Source: Candidatus Bathyarchaeota archaeon (GTDB lineage Archaea; Thermoproteota; Bathyarchaeia; Bathyarchaeales; DTEX01). From it: a stretch of 64,000 bases of DNA. Under the pieces are notes generated by a model. It did no database searches and was not told the origin of the DNA. It saw only the letters and a list, made by a program, of their open reading frames with translations. This document shows, one piece after another, positions 18,406 through 29,727 of this stretch. Position numbers and translations under genes: made by a program. Within the stretch, counting starts at the first letter, position 1, and the number at the start of each line of letters is the position of its first letter. Location: positions 64,001 to 128,000 of the forward strand of contig CAVQNT010000006.1 of assembly GCA_963714275.1 (NCBI GenBank), read 5' to 3'.

Positions 18406-18837
18406 ATGCCACACAAGCTCAGAAAGGTAAGAAAAATGCGCGGTTCAAGAACTCATGGATGGGGGCAGATTGGGCAGCATAGAAGAAGCGGGTCCAGAGG
18501 TGGAAAAGGGCACGCTGGGATGCATAAGCACAGATGGAGCTACATTCAAAGGTATGAGCCTGACCACTTCAGTAAAGACAAGTTTAAACCTCCGAACCAG
18601 ACGGAATCCAACATCATAAACTTGAAGCAACTCGAAGAAATCGCCTACAAGATGCAGCAAGCAAGTAAAGGCAAACGCGAAAAAGTATCGATTGACCTGA
18701 AAGAAATGGGTTACGACAAACTTTTAGGCTCAGGAAAAATTTCGGTTCCCATATCAGTCAAAGTCCCGTCATGCTCTGAAGTGGCTAAGAAAAAAATTGA
18801 AGAATCAAATGGCGAAGTAATAACTGAAGCTGCCTAA
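18406..18837 (+). CDS. rpl15p: 50S ribosomal protein uL15
   Basis: RGSRTHGWG, GGKGHAGMHKH, KLLGSG. Confidence 0.97.
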   Translation: MPHKLRKVRKMRGSRTHGWGQIGQHRRSGSRGGKGHAGMHKHRWSYIQRYEPDHFSKDKFKPPNQTESNIINLKQLEEIAYKMQQASKGKREKVSIDLKEMGYDKLLGSGKISVPISVKVPSCSEVAKKKIEESNGEVITEAA

Positions 18838-18925
18838 TTCCGCGTTTCAAATGTACACGTAACGCAACACATATAGTTACCTGAGCATAAACCAAGATAC
18901 TGAAAGCCACTGAGGGAAAAAAAGG

Positions 18926-20351
18926 TTGCCTGGAAGATTCCTCAAAACGTTTGAACCCGTAATGAAGGTCATCCCCGAAGTTAGGGCTCCAGAACGGAAA
19001 GTTGGGTTCAACGAAAAAATCTTTTGGACAGCCATGGCCCTAATAATCTACCTGGTTATGAGTTATGTTCCTCTTTACGGGCTTCAGACAACGCAGGAAA
19101 CATCAGCGATGCGTATAATTTTTGCCTCAACCAAAGGCTCACTGATGGAACTCGGCATTGGTCCCATTGTTACAGCAGGCTTGATTCTTCAGATGCTTGC
19201 TGGCTCAAACTTCATCAATGTCGATTTCTCTAATCCTGAAGATCGCTCCTTGTTTACTGGCGTAAGCAAAATTTTCTCAATAATTCTCACGGGGTTTCAA
19301 GCTTCAGCTTATTTGATATGGGGGATCTACAGCACCTTGCCCATGGTTCAATCGATTGTGATCTTCACCGAACTGATGATTGCAGGAATATTACTAATGC
19401 TCCTCGACGAGATGGTTCAAAAGGGGTGGGGAATAGGAAGCGGAATTAGTCTGTTCATACTTGCGGGTGTGTCACAAACCATAATGTTGTCATGTTTCCA
19501 ATACTACACTGTAGGCGAATCAGGCGGGTTTTCGAGACCCTTTGGCATTATAGCGGCCTTAATCAAGACTTTGGTTTCAGGCGGCTCAATAGACAGACTC
19601 ATCCTTAGCTCCTCTGGATGGCCAAGCATAACGGGTCTTTTTACAACCATCGGGGTTTTCCTTTTCGTGATTTATGTTCAGGGCATAAAGGTTGAACTCC
19701 CAATCGCCCACGCCCAGTTCCGTGGGTTCAGAGGTAAATACCCAATCAGCCTTCTTTATGTTTCGAACCTGCCAGTTATCTTCGCCTCAGACTCTCTTCG
19801 GAAACGTTGTTTTATGGTCTCAACTCCTTTGGAACAACTACAAAGAAAGCAGCTGGGCTTCCATAATAGGCATCTTTGGATCTTTCAACCAAACAGAAGG
19901 CAACCTTGTCCCCACGGGAGGGCTTGCTTACTATGTGACCGCTCCAACGCGAGGATTCGTTGATGTAATGGGAAATCCCTACAGGTACATCATTTATGCA
20001 GCGATACTTGTCGTGTTCTGCATCATCTTCTCCATAATCTGGCTTCAGGTAGGAGGATTAGACCCGAAAACGGTCGCGCAACAACTTGTCGACTCGGGAA
20101 TGCAGATACCAGGGTTCAGAAGGTCCGAAAGACCGATTGAGTCTCTGCTGAAAAAGTATATTCCAGCAGTAACAGTGCTTGGGGGCTTAATAGTGGGATT
20201 ACTGGCAGTGATAGCTGACTTTTTTGGCGCATTCGGAACAGGCACAGGTATTCTTTTGTCGGTTGGCATTGTTTACCAGTATTACCAGCAGCTGATGCAG
20301 GAACGTGTCGAAGATATGTATCCAGGTTTAAGACGATTCCTTGGAGGCTAA
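18926..20351 (+). CDS. secY: Preprotein translocase subunit SecY; frameshift near 19790
   Basis: LMELGIGPIVTAG, GWGIGSGISLFI, GMQIPGFRR, GTGILLSV. Confidence 0.97.
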
Positions 20352-20357
20352 ACAGGA

Positions 20358-20876
20358 TTGTACAATACACCAATTTTTTATGCGCTCGTCGTGTTTCTCG
20401 TGACATTCGTTAGTTCGCTTGCTTCATTTTTTATTAGGCTTAGGTTCGCAAACCCGCAGGACACAGCCAAATGGCAAGAAGAAATGAAAAGGTATAACTC
20501 AGACAAAGAAGCAGCCAAAAAGACGGGTGACAAAAGCTTACCGCGCAGTTGAGGAAGCAGGAAAAACGAATCAGCCAAATCCAATCTAAGATGATGAAGG
20601 GGCAGCTGAATCAGCATGGTCGTGATAATGATAATGTTTTTTGCCATGTGGCAGGTTCTCGGCTCCTATATTTTAGGCAAAAAAGTGGCCTTTTCGCCGT
20701 TCTTCATTCCGTTCTTGATGGATGCGAATAGTACACTGCCCTACGAGATGCCGTTCGTCGCTTGGTACTTCATCTGTTCGTTCTTTTCAAGTACACTGCT
20801 TCAACGCTTCTTCGGAACGGGTTCCGGAATAGGATCTCGAGCTTGGAACAACAAAATAGAGCTTGGCGAGGACTAA
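20358..20876 (+). CDS. EMC3/TMCO1 (DUF106) membrane protein; frameshifted
   Basis: TM segment, coiled coil, TM segment...WYFICS; usual position after secY. Confidence 0.85.
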
Positions 20877-20879
20877 ACA

Positions 20880-21491
20880 ATGTGGCAAGAGCCAAGAAAA
20901 AAGGTTAAGAAGCAAAAAACTGTCATCTGCATATCAGGAATGGCTGGTTCTGGAAAAAGCACGGTCGCCAAAAGGCTTGCAGAGTATTATGGACTCAAGT
21001 ACTATTCAGGCGGAGACGCACTTAAAGCTGTAGCATCTGAAATGGGCCATAAAACAGCAGGTGAAGGCTGGTGGGAAACCGCTGAAGGCATCAAGTTTAT
21101 TGAAAAAAGACTGGACAATCTTGAGATTGACAGAAAGGTCGACGAAAAACTTCTGGATTGGGCTAACCGGGGAGGACTAGTATTAGACAGCTGGGCTATG
21201 CCATGGCTGCTTAAAAAAGGATTCAACATCTGGCTTGAAGCCTCAGAAAAAGTGAGGGCTCAACGTTTGGCAGAAAGAGACAGCTTAGGTCCAGAAGAGG
21301 CTCTTAGGGTTCTCAGAGAGAAAGAGGCCAAGACAAAAGGAATCTATAAAAAACTTTACGGGTTCAAGTTCGGTGAAGACTTTGAGCCTTTCCAGCTAAT
21401 ATTGGATGTTAACTTACTTAATAAGGACGAAGTGTACGAAACCTTGCGGTTGGCGATAGATAATTTAGTTAAAAATGACATTGTTTCCTGA
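20880..21491 (+). CDS. cmk: Cytidylate kinase, archaeal type
   Basis: ISGMAGSGKST, IDRKVD, operon position. Confidence 0.9.
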   Translation: MWQEPRKKVKKQKTVICISGMAGSGKSTVAKRLAEYYGLKYYSGGDALKAVASEMGHKTAGEGWWETAEGIKFIEKRLDNLEIDRKVDEKLLDWANRGGLVLDSWAMPWLLKKGFNIWLEASEKVRAQRLAERDSLGPEEALRVLREKEAKTKGIYKKLYGFKFGEDFEPFQLILDVNLLNKDEVYETLRLAIDNLVKNDIVS

Positions 21492-21558
21492 AAACATTTA
21501 AAAACAAAAAAAGACAGAGACTAATCTGATTTTATTCAACAGGAGAAATAGAATCGAA

Positions 21559-21843
21559 TTGGGTAAAGCGCAATATAAGGTTGAAGGAGGAAAACTCGTC
21601 AAGGTTCAACTTAGGTTCGAAGATGATAAAATCAAAAAAGTTAAAATCACGGGGGATTTTTTCCTTCACCCAGAGGAGTTAATCGACGAGCTGGAAAAAA
21701 AGTTAGAAGGGTCAGAGCTAAACGAAGATGTCCTTACAGACCATATTAAGGCTTTTATTAAAATAAACAAGGCTGTCCTGTTAGGTGTGACTCCAGAAGA
21801 CTTTGCTAAATGCATCGTGATGGCTGGTGCAAAAAATGACTGA
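21559..21843 (+). CDS. Lipoate-protein ligase C-terminal subunit (LplB-like)
   Basis: KVEGGKLV, ITGDFFLHPE. Confidence 0.88.
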   Translation: MGKAQYKVEGGKLVKVQLRFEDDKIKKVKITGDFFLHPEELIDELEKKLEGSELNEDVLTDHIKAFIKINKAVLLGVTPEDFAKCIVMAGAKND

Positions 21844-22571
21844 ACAATGGCGCCTCTTGGACACGGGATTTCATGATGCCTTCTATAATATGGCTTTAGA
21901 CGAGGCTATAGCGGTTGCACGGTCCAAAAATCTTGTGCTCAACACGTTAAGGTTTTTCAGGTGGGAGCCTTCAGCTGTTTCAATCGGCTATTTTCAAGGC
22001 ATGGATGAAGAGGTTGACACAGCTGCCTGCGACGATAAAGGCATTGACTATGTGAGGAGACGGACTGGTGGCGGAGCGGTTTACCACGACAAAGACGGAG
22101 AGTTAACTTACAGCATGTTCATAAATCAGAAGCATCATCTAGTTTCCAAGGATTTTCAGGAGACTTATGGAACACTTTGCTCTGGGCTTGTGCGCGGGCT
22201 CCGTTTCTTGGGGGTTCAGGCTGAGTTTAAGCCCATCAATGACATTGTTGTTGGTGGCAAGAAGGTTTCTGGCAACGCCCAAACCCGAGGGATGAACATT
22301 GTTCATCAGCATGGTACAATACTTCTGAAGGTTGATCCTTCACTGATGTTTTTGGTTCTAAAGGGTTTGAAGGGTTCTCCCACCTCGTTACATGGACTAC
22401 TAGGAAGAGAAATAAGTTTTGAGGAGCTGAAAGGAAGCTCTCGTAAAGGGGTTCGAAGAATCTTTCAGGATAAGATTAGTGCCGGGAGCGCTCATTAAGT
22501 TTGAGGAGCAAACAACAACAAAACTGAAGGCTGAGAAATACGCGACAAGAGAATGGAACTTCAAGAGGTAG
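21836..22571 (+). CDS. lplA: Lipoate-protein ligase catalytic subunit; frameshift near 22435
   Basis: NMALDEA, RRRTGGGAVYHD, NDIVVGGKKVSGNAQ, QHGT. Confidence 0.9.
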
Positions 22572-22678
22572 TCTCGTTCTGCTCAGTAGCTAGCTGTTAA
22601 AATCTGTAACCGTGAACATCTTCTTCAGGGGTACACAAGAGATAAAATTGTAATTTCATATTTCAGATACAAATTAGA

Positions 22679-22903
22679 ATGACGGGGAAAAGGTCGAGAC
22701 TGGAGATTTACCTTGACATACTTAAAACTGTCAAGTCAGGCGTTAACAAACTCACCGCCATTATGAATAGATGCAATTTGGCTTGGAACCCTTACATGAT
22801 AATCCTGGAAATGTTGATTGTCAACGGTCTACTTGACATGTTAGACATTGGAACACGGAAAATGTATGAGCTCATTGAAAGAGGGCAGGAATTTCTTAGG
22901 TAA
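22679..22903 (+). CDS. Small archaeal winged-HTH regulator
   Basis: RSRLEIYLDIL...IMNRCNL...YELIERG. Confidence 0.8.
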   Translation: MTGKRSRLEIYLDILKTVKSGVNKLTAIMNRCNLAWNPYMIILEMLIVNGLLDMLDIGTRKMYELIERGQEFLR

Positions 22904-23009
22904 TTCGAGTCAGTGAAGTATTCATTTCGAATTTAAGAAAACCGAAAAAAAGACAGTACTTTAGATTTGTGTTGAAAAACCTTAAAAAATTCCATGGTAT
23001 TTTGTTTGT

Positions 23010-23825
23010 TCAGACAATGACCATTCGAAGAATGAGCCAAGATGTAAAGTCGCCAACCACCAGAGCTGCGATGAATCCAGCTGTGACAAACACTAGAAAT
23101 GGAAGACCGGGAGTGACCCAAATCCTCCCTTGTAGTTCGGTTAAAAACCCGTCTTGCTGAACTTCTTTCTGGTCATCGTCTTCTAAGCGAGGTGTTACCT
23201 TCAGATGTCTGATGATCTTGCCGTCTTCTGCTCTTGAGAACCGTTCTAATAGCATGTAGTGAGACCCGCCTTTCACCTTTTCCGAATCCACTCTGAAGCC
23301 TGTCGCGAAAGCTACAGCTTTGCTCCAGAATGGCTCTTTCTCAAGGCCTTCAAACATTTTTTCTCCCCTTATCGTCATTCGGCACAGGTTGTTTGCTATG
23401 ATTAACACTACTAGCAGTGATGAGCCTAAAACGGAGTTGACTAAAACTGCCAGCGGAAAGAAGGGAACAAGAACTGTAACGTATTCATGAACGAACGATG
23501 GGTAAACGGGTAGAGCAAGGGACAGGCAAATTAAAGCCTTAGAGTCTGCTCCTCCGAAAAAGCCCGTGTAGAAGAGCACTAACGCGATAATGGTTGTCAG
23601 CCCTATGGAAGCCAACCACTGAATTGGGACTTCACCAAATGCATTATTAGTAAAGAATTGCAGCAACAGTAAAGATAAGCCCGCTGGACCGTAGATTATC
23701 CACATTTTGTTGGAGACTTCCCGAGTTTTAAAGTCGTAAACCGAAGAAATAACGAGGAAGAAGAGGCTTAGCAGTACACGAAAGGCTTCGAGCCATTCTA
23801 TCATTGTTTCCACCATAGGAACCAA
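23010..23825 (-). CDS. Prepilin peptidase, A24 (FlaK/PibD-like)
   Basis: YDFKTREV, GGADSK (GxGD type), WVTPGLPFLV. Confidence 0.92.
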   Translation of the reverse strand: MVPMVETMIEWLEAFRVLLSLFFLVISSVYDFKTREVSNKMWIIYGPAGLSLLLLQFFTNNAFGEVPIQWLASIGLTTIIALVLFYTGFFGGADSKALICLSLALPVYPSFVHEYVTVLVPFFPLAVLVNSVLGSSLLVVLIIANNLCRMTIRGEKMFEGLEKEPFWSKAVAFATGFRVDSEKVKGGSHYMLLERFSRAEDGKIIRHLKVTPRLEDDDQKEVQQDGFLTELQGRIWVTPGLPFLVFVTAGFIAALVVGDFTSWLILRMVIV

Positions 23826-24309
23826 ACGAATACATTAATATTGAATCTTTGTTCATTAGAAGTAGTCAATGCGTTAATATCTAATTTATGGACTCAGAAA
23901 CTATCATCATTTTTTCTTAAAAAAGGCATCTATCATTGGATATTGGTTTATGCGGATTTTTATATCTGATTTATGTGGCATTAAGTTCTTAATTTTGTGC
24001 GAGCTAGTAATCTTTAGAAAAAAAAACTTAAAAAAATATACCGATTTTAAACGTGTTCGTTCTGTTGTTTTGAAGTTTTTAGTTATTGTGTTGAGTTAGG
24101 TTTTAGGCTATACGGATTATTTTTTAGAGGTAGATTATTGTTCAGTTATTATTCCATTTATTTGTCTATATTTTGAGTTTTCACATTGTTGCAGCTGGTC
24201 TAATGTTTGTCATTGATGGTTCGAAAATACATACATGGAAGACAGACGATGCCTTCATAATTCATTTATCAACGGTAGCCTCACAAGTTTGTTCAAAGGT
24301 GAAAAATTA

Positions 24310-24810
24310 GTGATAAAAAATATAAATAAAAATAAAAAGGCTTTGAGTCCAGTAATCGCCACAGTCATTCTGATCTCGGTCACCATCGTCGTCGCAGTCT
24401 CAGTAGCATACTGGATGGGCGCAATAGCAGGCGGATTCACTTCCTTCGAACAAATAGAACTACCAACAGTATATGGAAGAGCAATTACTAGCCCATGGAT
24501 AGGTTGGAACATTACTATTGAAATGAAAAACACGGGCTCATCTGACGCTACACTTAACAACATTTTCATGAACTCTATCCCATTCAAGGATTACGCCCAA
24601 GCTAACGTTACTCTTCAAAAAGCTGATGGAACAGATGTCTCTGCAACGCTTTATACCACTGGAGTGCTTGTTGCCAAAGGTAATTCTGTGACACTAGTCT
24701 TACAACTTAGGTTTGATCAAAGCGTCGGATTTACATCTGGTACAAGAGTAGAAATAAAACTACACACCGCAGGTGGCAAAGACTATCCAACATCCTTAAA
24801 GCTACCTTAG
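24310..24810 (+). CDS. Archaeal type IV pilin, probable major pilin
   Basis: Class III signal KKA/LSPVIATVILISVTIVVAV. GTG start at 24310; T-tract after the stop. Confidence 0.9.
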   Translation: MIKNINKNKKALSPVIATVILISVTIVVAVSVAYWMGAIAGGFTSFEQIELPTVYGRAITSPWIGWNITIEMKNTGSSDATLNNIFMNSIPFKDYAQANVTLQKADGTDVSATLYTTGVLVAKGNSVTLVLQLRFDQSVGFTSGTRVEIKLHTAGGKDYPTSLKLP

Positions 24811-24868
24811 GGAGCTTATCCCTCTTTATTTTTTTTAGTTTCTTCAGTATCTTAGGAGGTTGTACTAG

Positions 24869-25685
24869 GTGGTTCCCCGTAGTTCATCATTACGACATGA
24901 CAACTATGCTATTTCAGAGGTTATCGACACCATCATTCTAACCAGTGTCATGGTTATAATTGTAATAACGGCTTCATTTTACGCAAATGACACTCTCAGT
25001 TTCAATGTGGAAAGTGTCCATTTTGATCAAGCAGTCAACGCTGTTCTAAGTCTAGAAAAAGTTGCAAAGAATATAATGTTCAAACCGCAATCAATTGGAA
25101 CGGTTAAAACAAGTTTTTTAACAACAGATCCCTATGTTAACCAAATGGGGACTCTCGCAATACTCATTGATAGTAATGAAATATCTTCAATTATCGTAAA
25201 TTGTTTTAAAGTAAAGGGAAGCGAACGTGTAGGCGTTACTTTAAGCCAATACTATCTTGGCAATAGTGCATTATTACTTGTTGGCTTAGATGGGTCAATA
25301 AGTCTGTGTAAAAAAATACCAAGATAACGGAGCTTGGGTTTCCCTTGATTACGGTAGGATTCGATGCGTATACGGTGGAGAGATGAACTATTATAATGGC
25401 ACCAATCCTGAGCCAGTTAAGAGAAACGTGATTGAAATAACAGCAATAAAAATAAATTCAGGCGGAATAGACCAATTTCTCGATAATTCACGCATCATTC
25501 TGAAAAATACGGGAATCCAAACCCAACAATTCGAGCATTTCTCTGGTAATTTTGATATTACGGTTCATTTTTCTAATGAAAATGATTCTGTCTCTCTAAT
25601 AGATCTAGGTGGAAATGCAACGCTGCCAACCTTGATTAATTTTACAATCGTAAACTTTGAAATTACTATCCTTGGAGGTGGATAA
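24869..25685 (+). CDS. Pilin-like protein; frameshift near 25310
   Basis: YA/ISEVIDTIILTSVMVIIV signal-like segment. Confidence 0.7.
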
Positions 25686-26210
25686 ATGGTTTCTAATACT
25701 GTGACTCACCTTATAGGAACGGTTTCTCTGATGCTAATTTTTTTTTCAGTTGGATCATACTATTCCATGTCAATAGCATCACTGAAAAACGAAGTAATCA
25801 CAGTTCAACTCAGCAAAATTGCCAATTACATTGGCTCCGACATAGTAGACTTGGTTTCGCTCTGCTACATCAGCGAGCTGAACCAAATGTTAATCAAAAA
25901 CCTCACACTTCCAACGGGCTTAACAGCCTATGGATACAACATGACAATTGAGAAGATAGGGCAAAGCATGCTAGTTCGAGTTTACCTGATCTCAGAATCT
26001 CTAGTCTACGGTGAATATATCCTTCCTTGGCCAACAGAAAGTAACATCAGAGTCTACAATGGTTCAGATTCTGAAGTCAAGGATTATATTCATTCTGAAA
26101 GACCCAGCCTTATACTAAAATTGCACGTCGATGACTTGGACACGGGCATAATGATCTGGTGCGTAAAGCTTGAGGACCAGATAACAATAGGGCTAGGATT
26201 AATGAACTGA
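25686..26210 (+). CDS. Pilin-like or pilus accessory protein
   Basis: Single N-terminal hydrophobic helix followed by a pilin-like helix; operon context. Confidence 0.6.
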   Translation: MVSNTVTHLIGTVSLMLIFFSVGSYYSMSIASLKNEVITVQLSKIANYIGSDIVDLVSLCYISELNQMLIKNLTLPTGLTAYGYNMTIEKIGQSMLVRVYLISESLVYGEYILPWPTESNIRVYNGSDSEVKDYIHSERPSLILKLHVDDLDTGIMIWCVKLEDQITIGLGLMN

Positions 26211-26222
26211 TCAAGGAGATGC

Positions 26223-27035
26223 ATGAAAATGAACGCAATATACGAATATATTTTCGCTGGCTTCATAATGTTCGTGATGCTTGTATCTCTTCAGACTAAT
26301 TTACAAACCCTAATGTCTGACACAACAGCCCTAACTATGCAAGAAGAGTACAACATGTCGGAAGGCCTAATAGACATGATACTACTGTCTCCAGGCAGTC
26401 CCCCAGACTGGGGCTCAACGAATCCTGTTCTTTTCGGGCTTGCGGCTCAAGAAACTACAGACACATATGTTCTTGACTCAAAAAAAGTCATTAGACTAGA
26501 CGAGAACTACAATTACTCACTATACATATCTCCGGGGGAGCTCAGAAGCCTTCTAGGACTTACCTCAGACATCAACCTTGTTATAAGGATTTCACCCATC
26601 TTCCCAATCAACATTCAGCCACAAGGAAACGGAAAATACGAAATAATGGTCACTAACCATAAAGGAGTGAACCTAGCGAATGTCAATGTAACCGGATACT
26701 ACGTGCCGGAATCTCTAGGTTCAAGTAGCGAACGGTTCCATAAACAAAACATAACAAGAATAGATGGTTCATGCATGTTGGATTTTGGTCAAGAAAGATC
26801 TGGCTATGTCTTGGTTGTTTGTGCAGACCTTGTTGGAATAAAAACGATGCAGACAGACCCTCCATACTTGAGAGTTAGGGTTGAAGGTGGCCAAGTTATT
26901 CAAAGCGATATTCCCTTAATTACTAAAATTAACTATACATCGGGCTCCTTTTTTGGCTTGAACACGGATTCTGCTGCTAGATACGTCGAAATCGATGGCT
27001 TCACGTACTACTTCGAACTTGAGGTTTGGAGGTGA
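26223..27035 (+). CDS. Minor pilin-like protein
   Basis: AIYEYIFAGFIMF N-terminus; LLSPGSPPDW..FGLA motif. Confidence 0.65.
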   Translation: MKMNAIYEYIFAGFIMFVMLVSLQTNLQTLMSDTTALTMQEEYNMSEGLIDMILLSPGSPPDWGSTNPVLFGLAAQETTDTYVLDSKKVIRLDENYNYSLYISPGELRSLLGLTSDINLVIRISPIFPINIQPQGNGKYEIMVTNHKGVNLANVNVTGYYVPESLGSSSERFHKQNITRIDGSCMLDFGQERSGYVLVVCADLVGIKTMQTDPPYLRVRVEGGQVIQSDIPLITKINYTSGSFFGLNTDSAARYVEIDGFTYYFELEVWR

Positions 27036-28081
27036 CAAGGGAGATGATTAACAACAATAGGGGTCAGATGAGAGTAATCGAAGCGTTGATCGCATGTCTC
27101 CTTTTAATAAGTGGCCTTTCAGCTGCTACTTACCTTTCCAGAGTTAACGTTTCAGTTGAGGATAACAGCCTTTACGAAACTGGGGAGAACATTTTTGACT
27201 TATTAAGCGACTCCAACGTTGTTCAAAGAATAATGGAAGGCGGAGATTTCACAGAGGCTCAACTTAAGACCCTCATCTCGACCCTTCTTCCTCCAGATAG
27301 TGTATATGCTGTATATTTTGGAAGCTCCATGACAAACAGTACGTTGTTAAATGCTACAAACATGGGCTTTAGTTCATCTTCGGGCAATAACGCTTTCTCC
27401 GACTTAGGATCTTACACAATCTCATTACCTCTCTCTCACGTAGAATACCAGCCAGTCGATGTCATGTTAATTATAGACAGGTCAGGAAGCATGGGAGACC
27501 ATTACAACCAGACACACACAAAGCTTGACCTTGCTAAAGCTGCTGCCAAGACCTTTGTGGATCAACTTAACATGACCCGAGACAGAGTCGGTCTTGCTTC
27601 ATTTGCAGATGAAGCGACTTTAGATTGCTATCTCACAAATAACACAGCAAGTATCAAGTCCCATATCAATAGCTTGAATGCAAATGGGTATACAAATATA
27701 GGTGGTGGCATAAGCAAATCAAACGAAGAGTTCGTTAACCATGGTAGGTCCGATGCAGTATGGGTTATGATCCTTCTTTCAGACGGAAAAGCCAATAGGC
27801 CACAATCTGAGGGCTATGCACACGATTATGCCATTGAACAAGCCGAGTGTGCTAAGATACTTAAGGGCAAAGGGGTTAGAATCTACACAATCGGGTTGGG
27901 TTCTCCTGATGACTTGGATGAAGATTTACTGAAACAGATCGCTTTCGACGAGAGTAAATACTTTCATGCTCCTACTGCTGATCAGCTGGAGTCAATTTAT
28001 ATAGCAATTTCTAAAGACATCCTCCTTCAAGTTAGATACGACATAGTCATTATCCAACTAAATATCTTTGGATCAGGATAA
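27026..28081 (+). CDS. Pilin-like protein with an inserted von Willebrand A domain
   Basis: RG/QMRVIEALIA class III signal; MIDAS motif DRSGSM, TNIGGG, LSDG. Confidence 0.85.
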   Translation: MEVTREMINNNRGQMRVIEALIACLLLISGLSAATYLSRVNVSVEDNSLYETGENIFDLLSDSNVVQRIMEGGDFTEAQLKTLISTLLPPDSVYAVYFGSSMTNSTLLNATNMGFSSSSGNNAFSDLGSYTISLPLSHVEYQPVDVMLIIDRSGSMGDHYNQTHTKLDLAKAAAKTFVDQLNMTRDRVGLASFADEATLDCYLTNNTASIKSHINSLNANGYTNIGGGISKSNEEFVNHGRSDAVWVMILLSDGKANRPQSEGYAHDYAIEQAECAKILKGKGVRIYTIGLGSPDDLDEDLLKQIAFDESKYFHAPTADQLESIYIAISKDILLQVRYDIVIIQLNIFGSG

Positions 28082-28084
28082 AGC

Positions 28085-29575
28085 ATGACAAAATTTTTTA
28101 GAAATAAGAAAGGTCAATTCCTTATTGCTTCAGCTCTGCTAATTGCCATTCTGTTTATTTCTGTCGCTTCTCTTCTGACATCTACCTCCTTAACCAATGT
28201 TAAGCTTCTTAAAAACGACTTCAGAAAAGACACAATACAAATCATCTCGAACTACCGTGGAGCCCTAGCTCTAGCCATTACTGAGGTATCAAAAGAATTG
28301 GAACTCAGATCGAGCATGTACAACTATGAGAACTATTCTACTCTAGAAGAGTATTCTGAAGCAGAAACATATGGGGCTAAAATAATGACTAACTGGCAAA
28401 ACACAATCCTGCAACAATATGCTGGCCGTTCTATAAATCTTAACATAACAAACCTAGTTTTCGATTGTAACTGGAATTCCTCAGTATACTACTCAAAGGT
28501 ATCCGCTGTTAATCACCTAGACATATTATCCTATGGATTCTACGGATTTAAACAAAATGTGACCTCAGAGCTGGAACTTAAAATTATGGACAGGTCAGAA
28601 CATGATGACGAATTAGCTTTCACCATCAAGTTGCAGAAAGAAGAGGGTCTTCCTGTGACTGATTTGGAAGCTTCATTTGTGAAGATACTCTATATGAGAA
28701 ACGGTACAACCTCTTTCACTGAAGCGGATCCATCAAACATTGGGGTAGCTTATCTAGGCAGCGGAGTCTATAATATCACCTTTTCCGCAACTGATTACGC
28801 ATCACCAGTAAAGATCAAGATGATTCTTCGAGATGGCAGAGGAATAATTGTTGCTGCTATTACTAAAGGAGGTGTACTTGTCAGCGAAGAAGAAGACGAA
28901 ATTGGTCCTGTGACGACAAATGTGTTAGCCAACCCAAATCCATGCCCCAAACAATCAACGACGAAGTTGTCCGCGACAGTCGATGATACATTAACTGGCG
29001 CTAACAACATATTTTCAGCTGAATATTTCATTGACAACGCCATAAAGGAAAATGGAAAAGGCACACAAATGACATTATCAGACGGTTATCCCGACTCCCC
29101 GAAAGAAAAATTTGAGGTGCAATTAAATGTTGCTGGTTTAACTTCCGGGAACCACACTCTGCATATACACGGAATGGATGCTATTGGAAATTGGGGAAAC
29201 TACAGTTCTGTGGTTATAAAGGTGACAGATAACCTTCCAGCGATGCATGTTTCAGATATTCAAGTCCGTGCAACTCGTGGCAGATGGTCCTATATTCATG
29301 GACAGGCTACAGTGACTGTTGTCGATGCTAATGGGAAAAATGTTGTAGGAGCAACAGTTTATGGTCACTGGAGTGGATCAGTCAGCGGTTCCGTATTCGG
29401 TCAAACTGGAACTAACGGCAAAGTCACCTTCAATTCTATTGAGATTTATTATAGGGGAGGATGGTTCAGTAGAAGATTAACATTTACATTCACTGTTGAT
29501 AACTTAATAAAAGCCGGTTGGATTTATGATAAATCTGCGAACATCAAGACAAGTGATACCGATTACTATCCGTAA
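28085..29575 (+). CDS. Large pilin-like protein with C-terminal Ig-like domains
   Basis: KKG/QFLIASALLI class III signal; AEYFID..G.G, DAIGNWG, VGATVYGHWSG. Confidence 0.8.
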   Translation: MTKFFRNKKGQFLIASALLIAILFISVASLLTSTSLTNVKLLKNDFRKDTIQIISNYRGALALAITEVSKELELRSSMYNYENYSTLEEYSEAETYGAKIMTNWQNTILQQYAGRSINLNITNLVFDCNWNSSVYYSKVSAVNHLDILSYGFYGFKQNVTSELELKIMDRSEHDDELAFTIKLQKEEGLPVTDLEASFVKILYMRNGTTSFTEADPSNIGVAYLGSGVYNITFSATDYASPVKIKMILRDGRGIIVAAITKGGVLVSEEEDEIGPVTTNVLANPNPCPKQSTTKLSATVDDTLTGANNIFSAEYFIDNAIKENGKGTQMTLSDGYPDSPKEKFEVQLNVAGLTSGNHTLHIHGMDAIGNWGNYSSVVIKVTDNLPAMHVSDIQVRATRGRWSYIHGQATVTVVDANGKNVVGATVYGHWSGSVSGSVFGQTGTNGKVTFNSIEIYYRGGWFSRRLTFTFTVDNLIKAGWIYDKSANIKTSDTDYYP

Positions 29576-29727
29576 AAAGAGCTTTTTGACAATTTCTGCG
29601 TGAATAGTTTTTAGGTATGTAGGGAATGTTCATAAACCATATATCAATTGTAATTTCAGCTTTTTCTGTATCAACCTAAAGGTCCCAAAAGAACCGATGG
29701 TTTCTCTGCTCTAATGGATGAATACGA

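Noticed and set aside
17900-22571. Frameshifts in uL30, secY, DUF106, lplA and many other genes read as pseudogenes or programmed recoding
   Set aside because: They affect essential genes, occur throughout the window and leave both halves well conserved, which is the pattern of uncorrected long-read indels.
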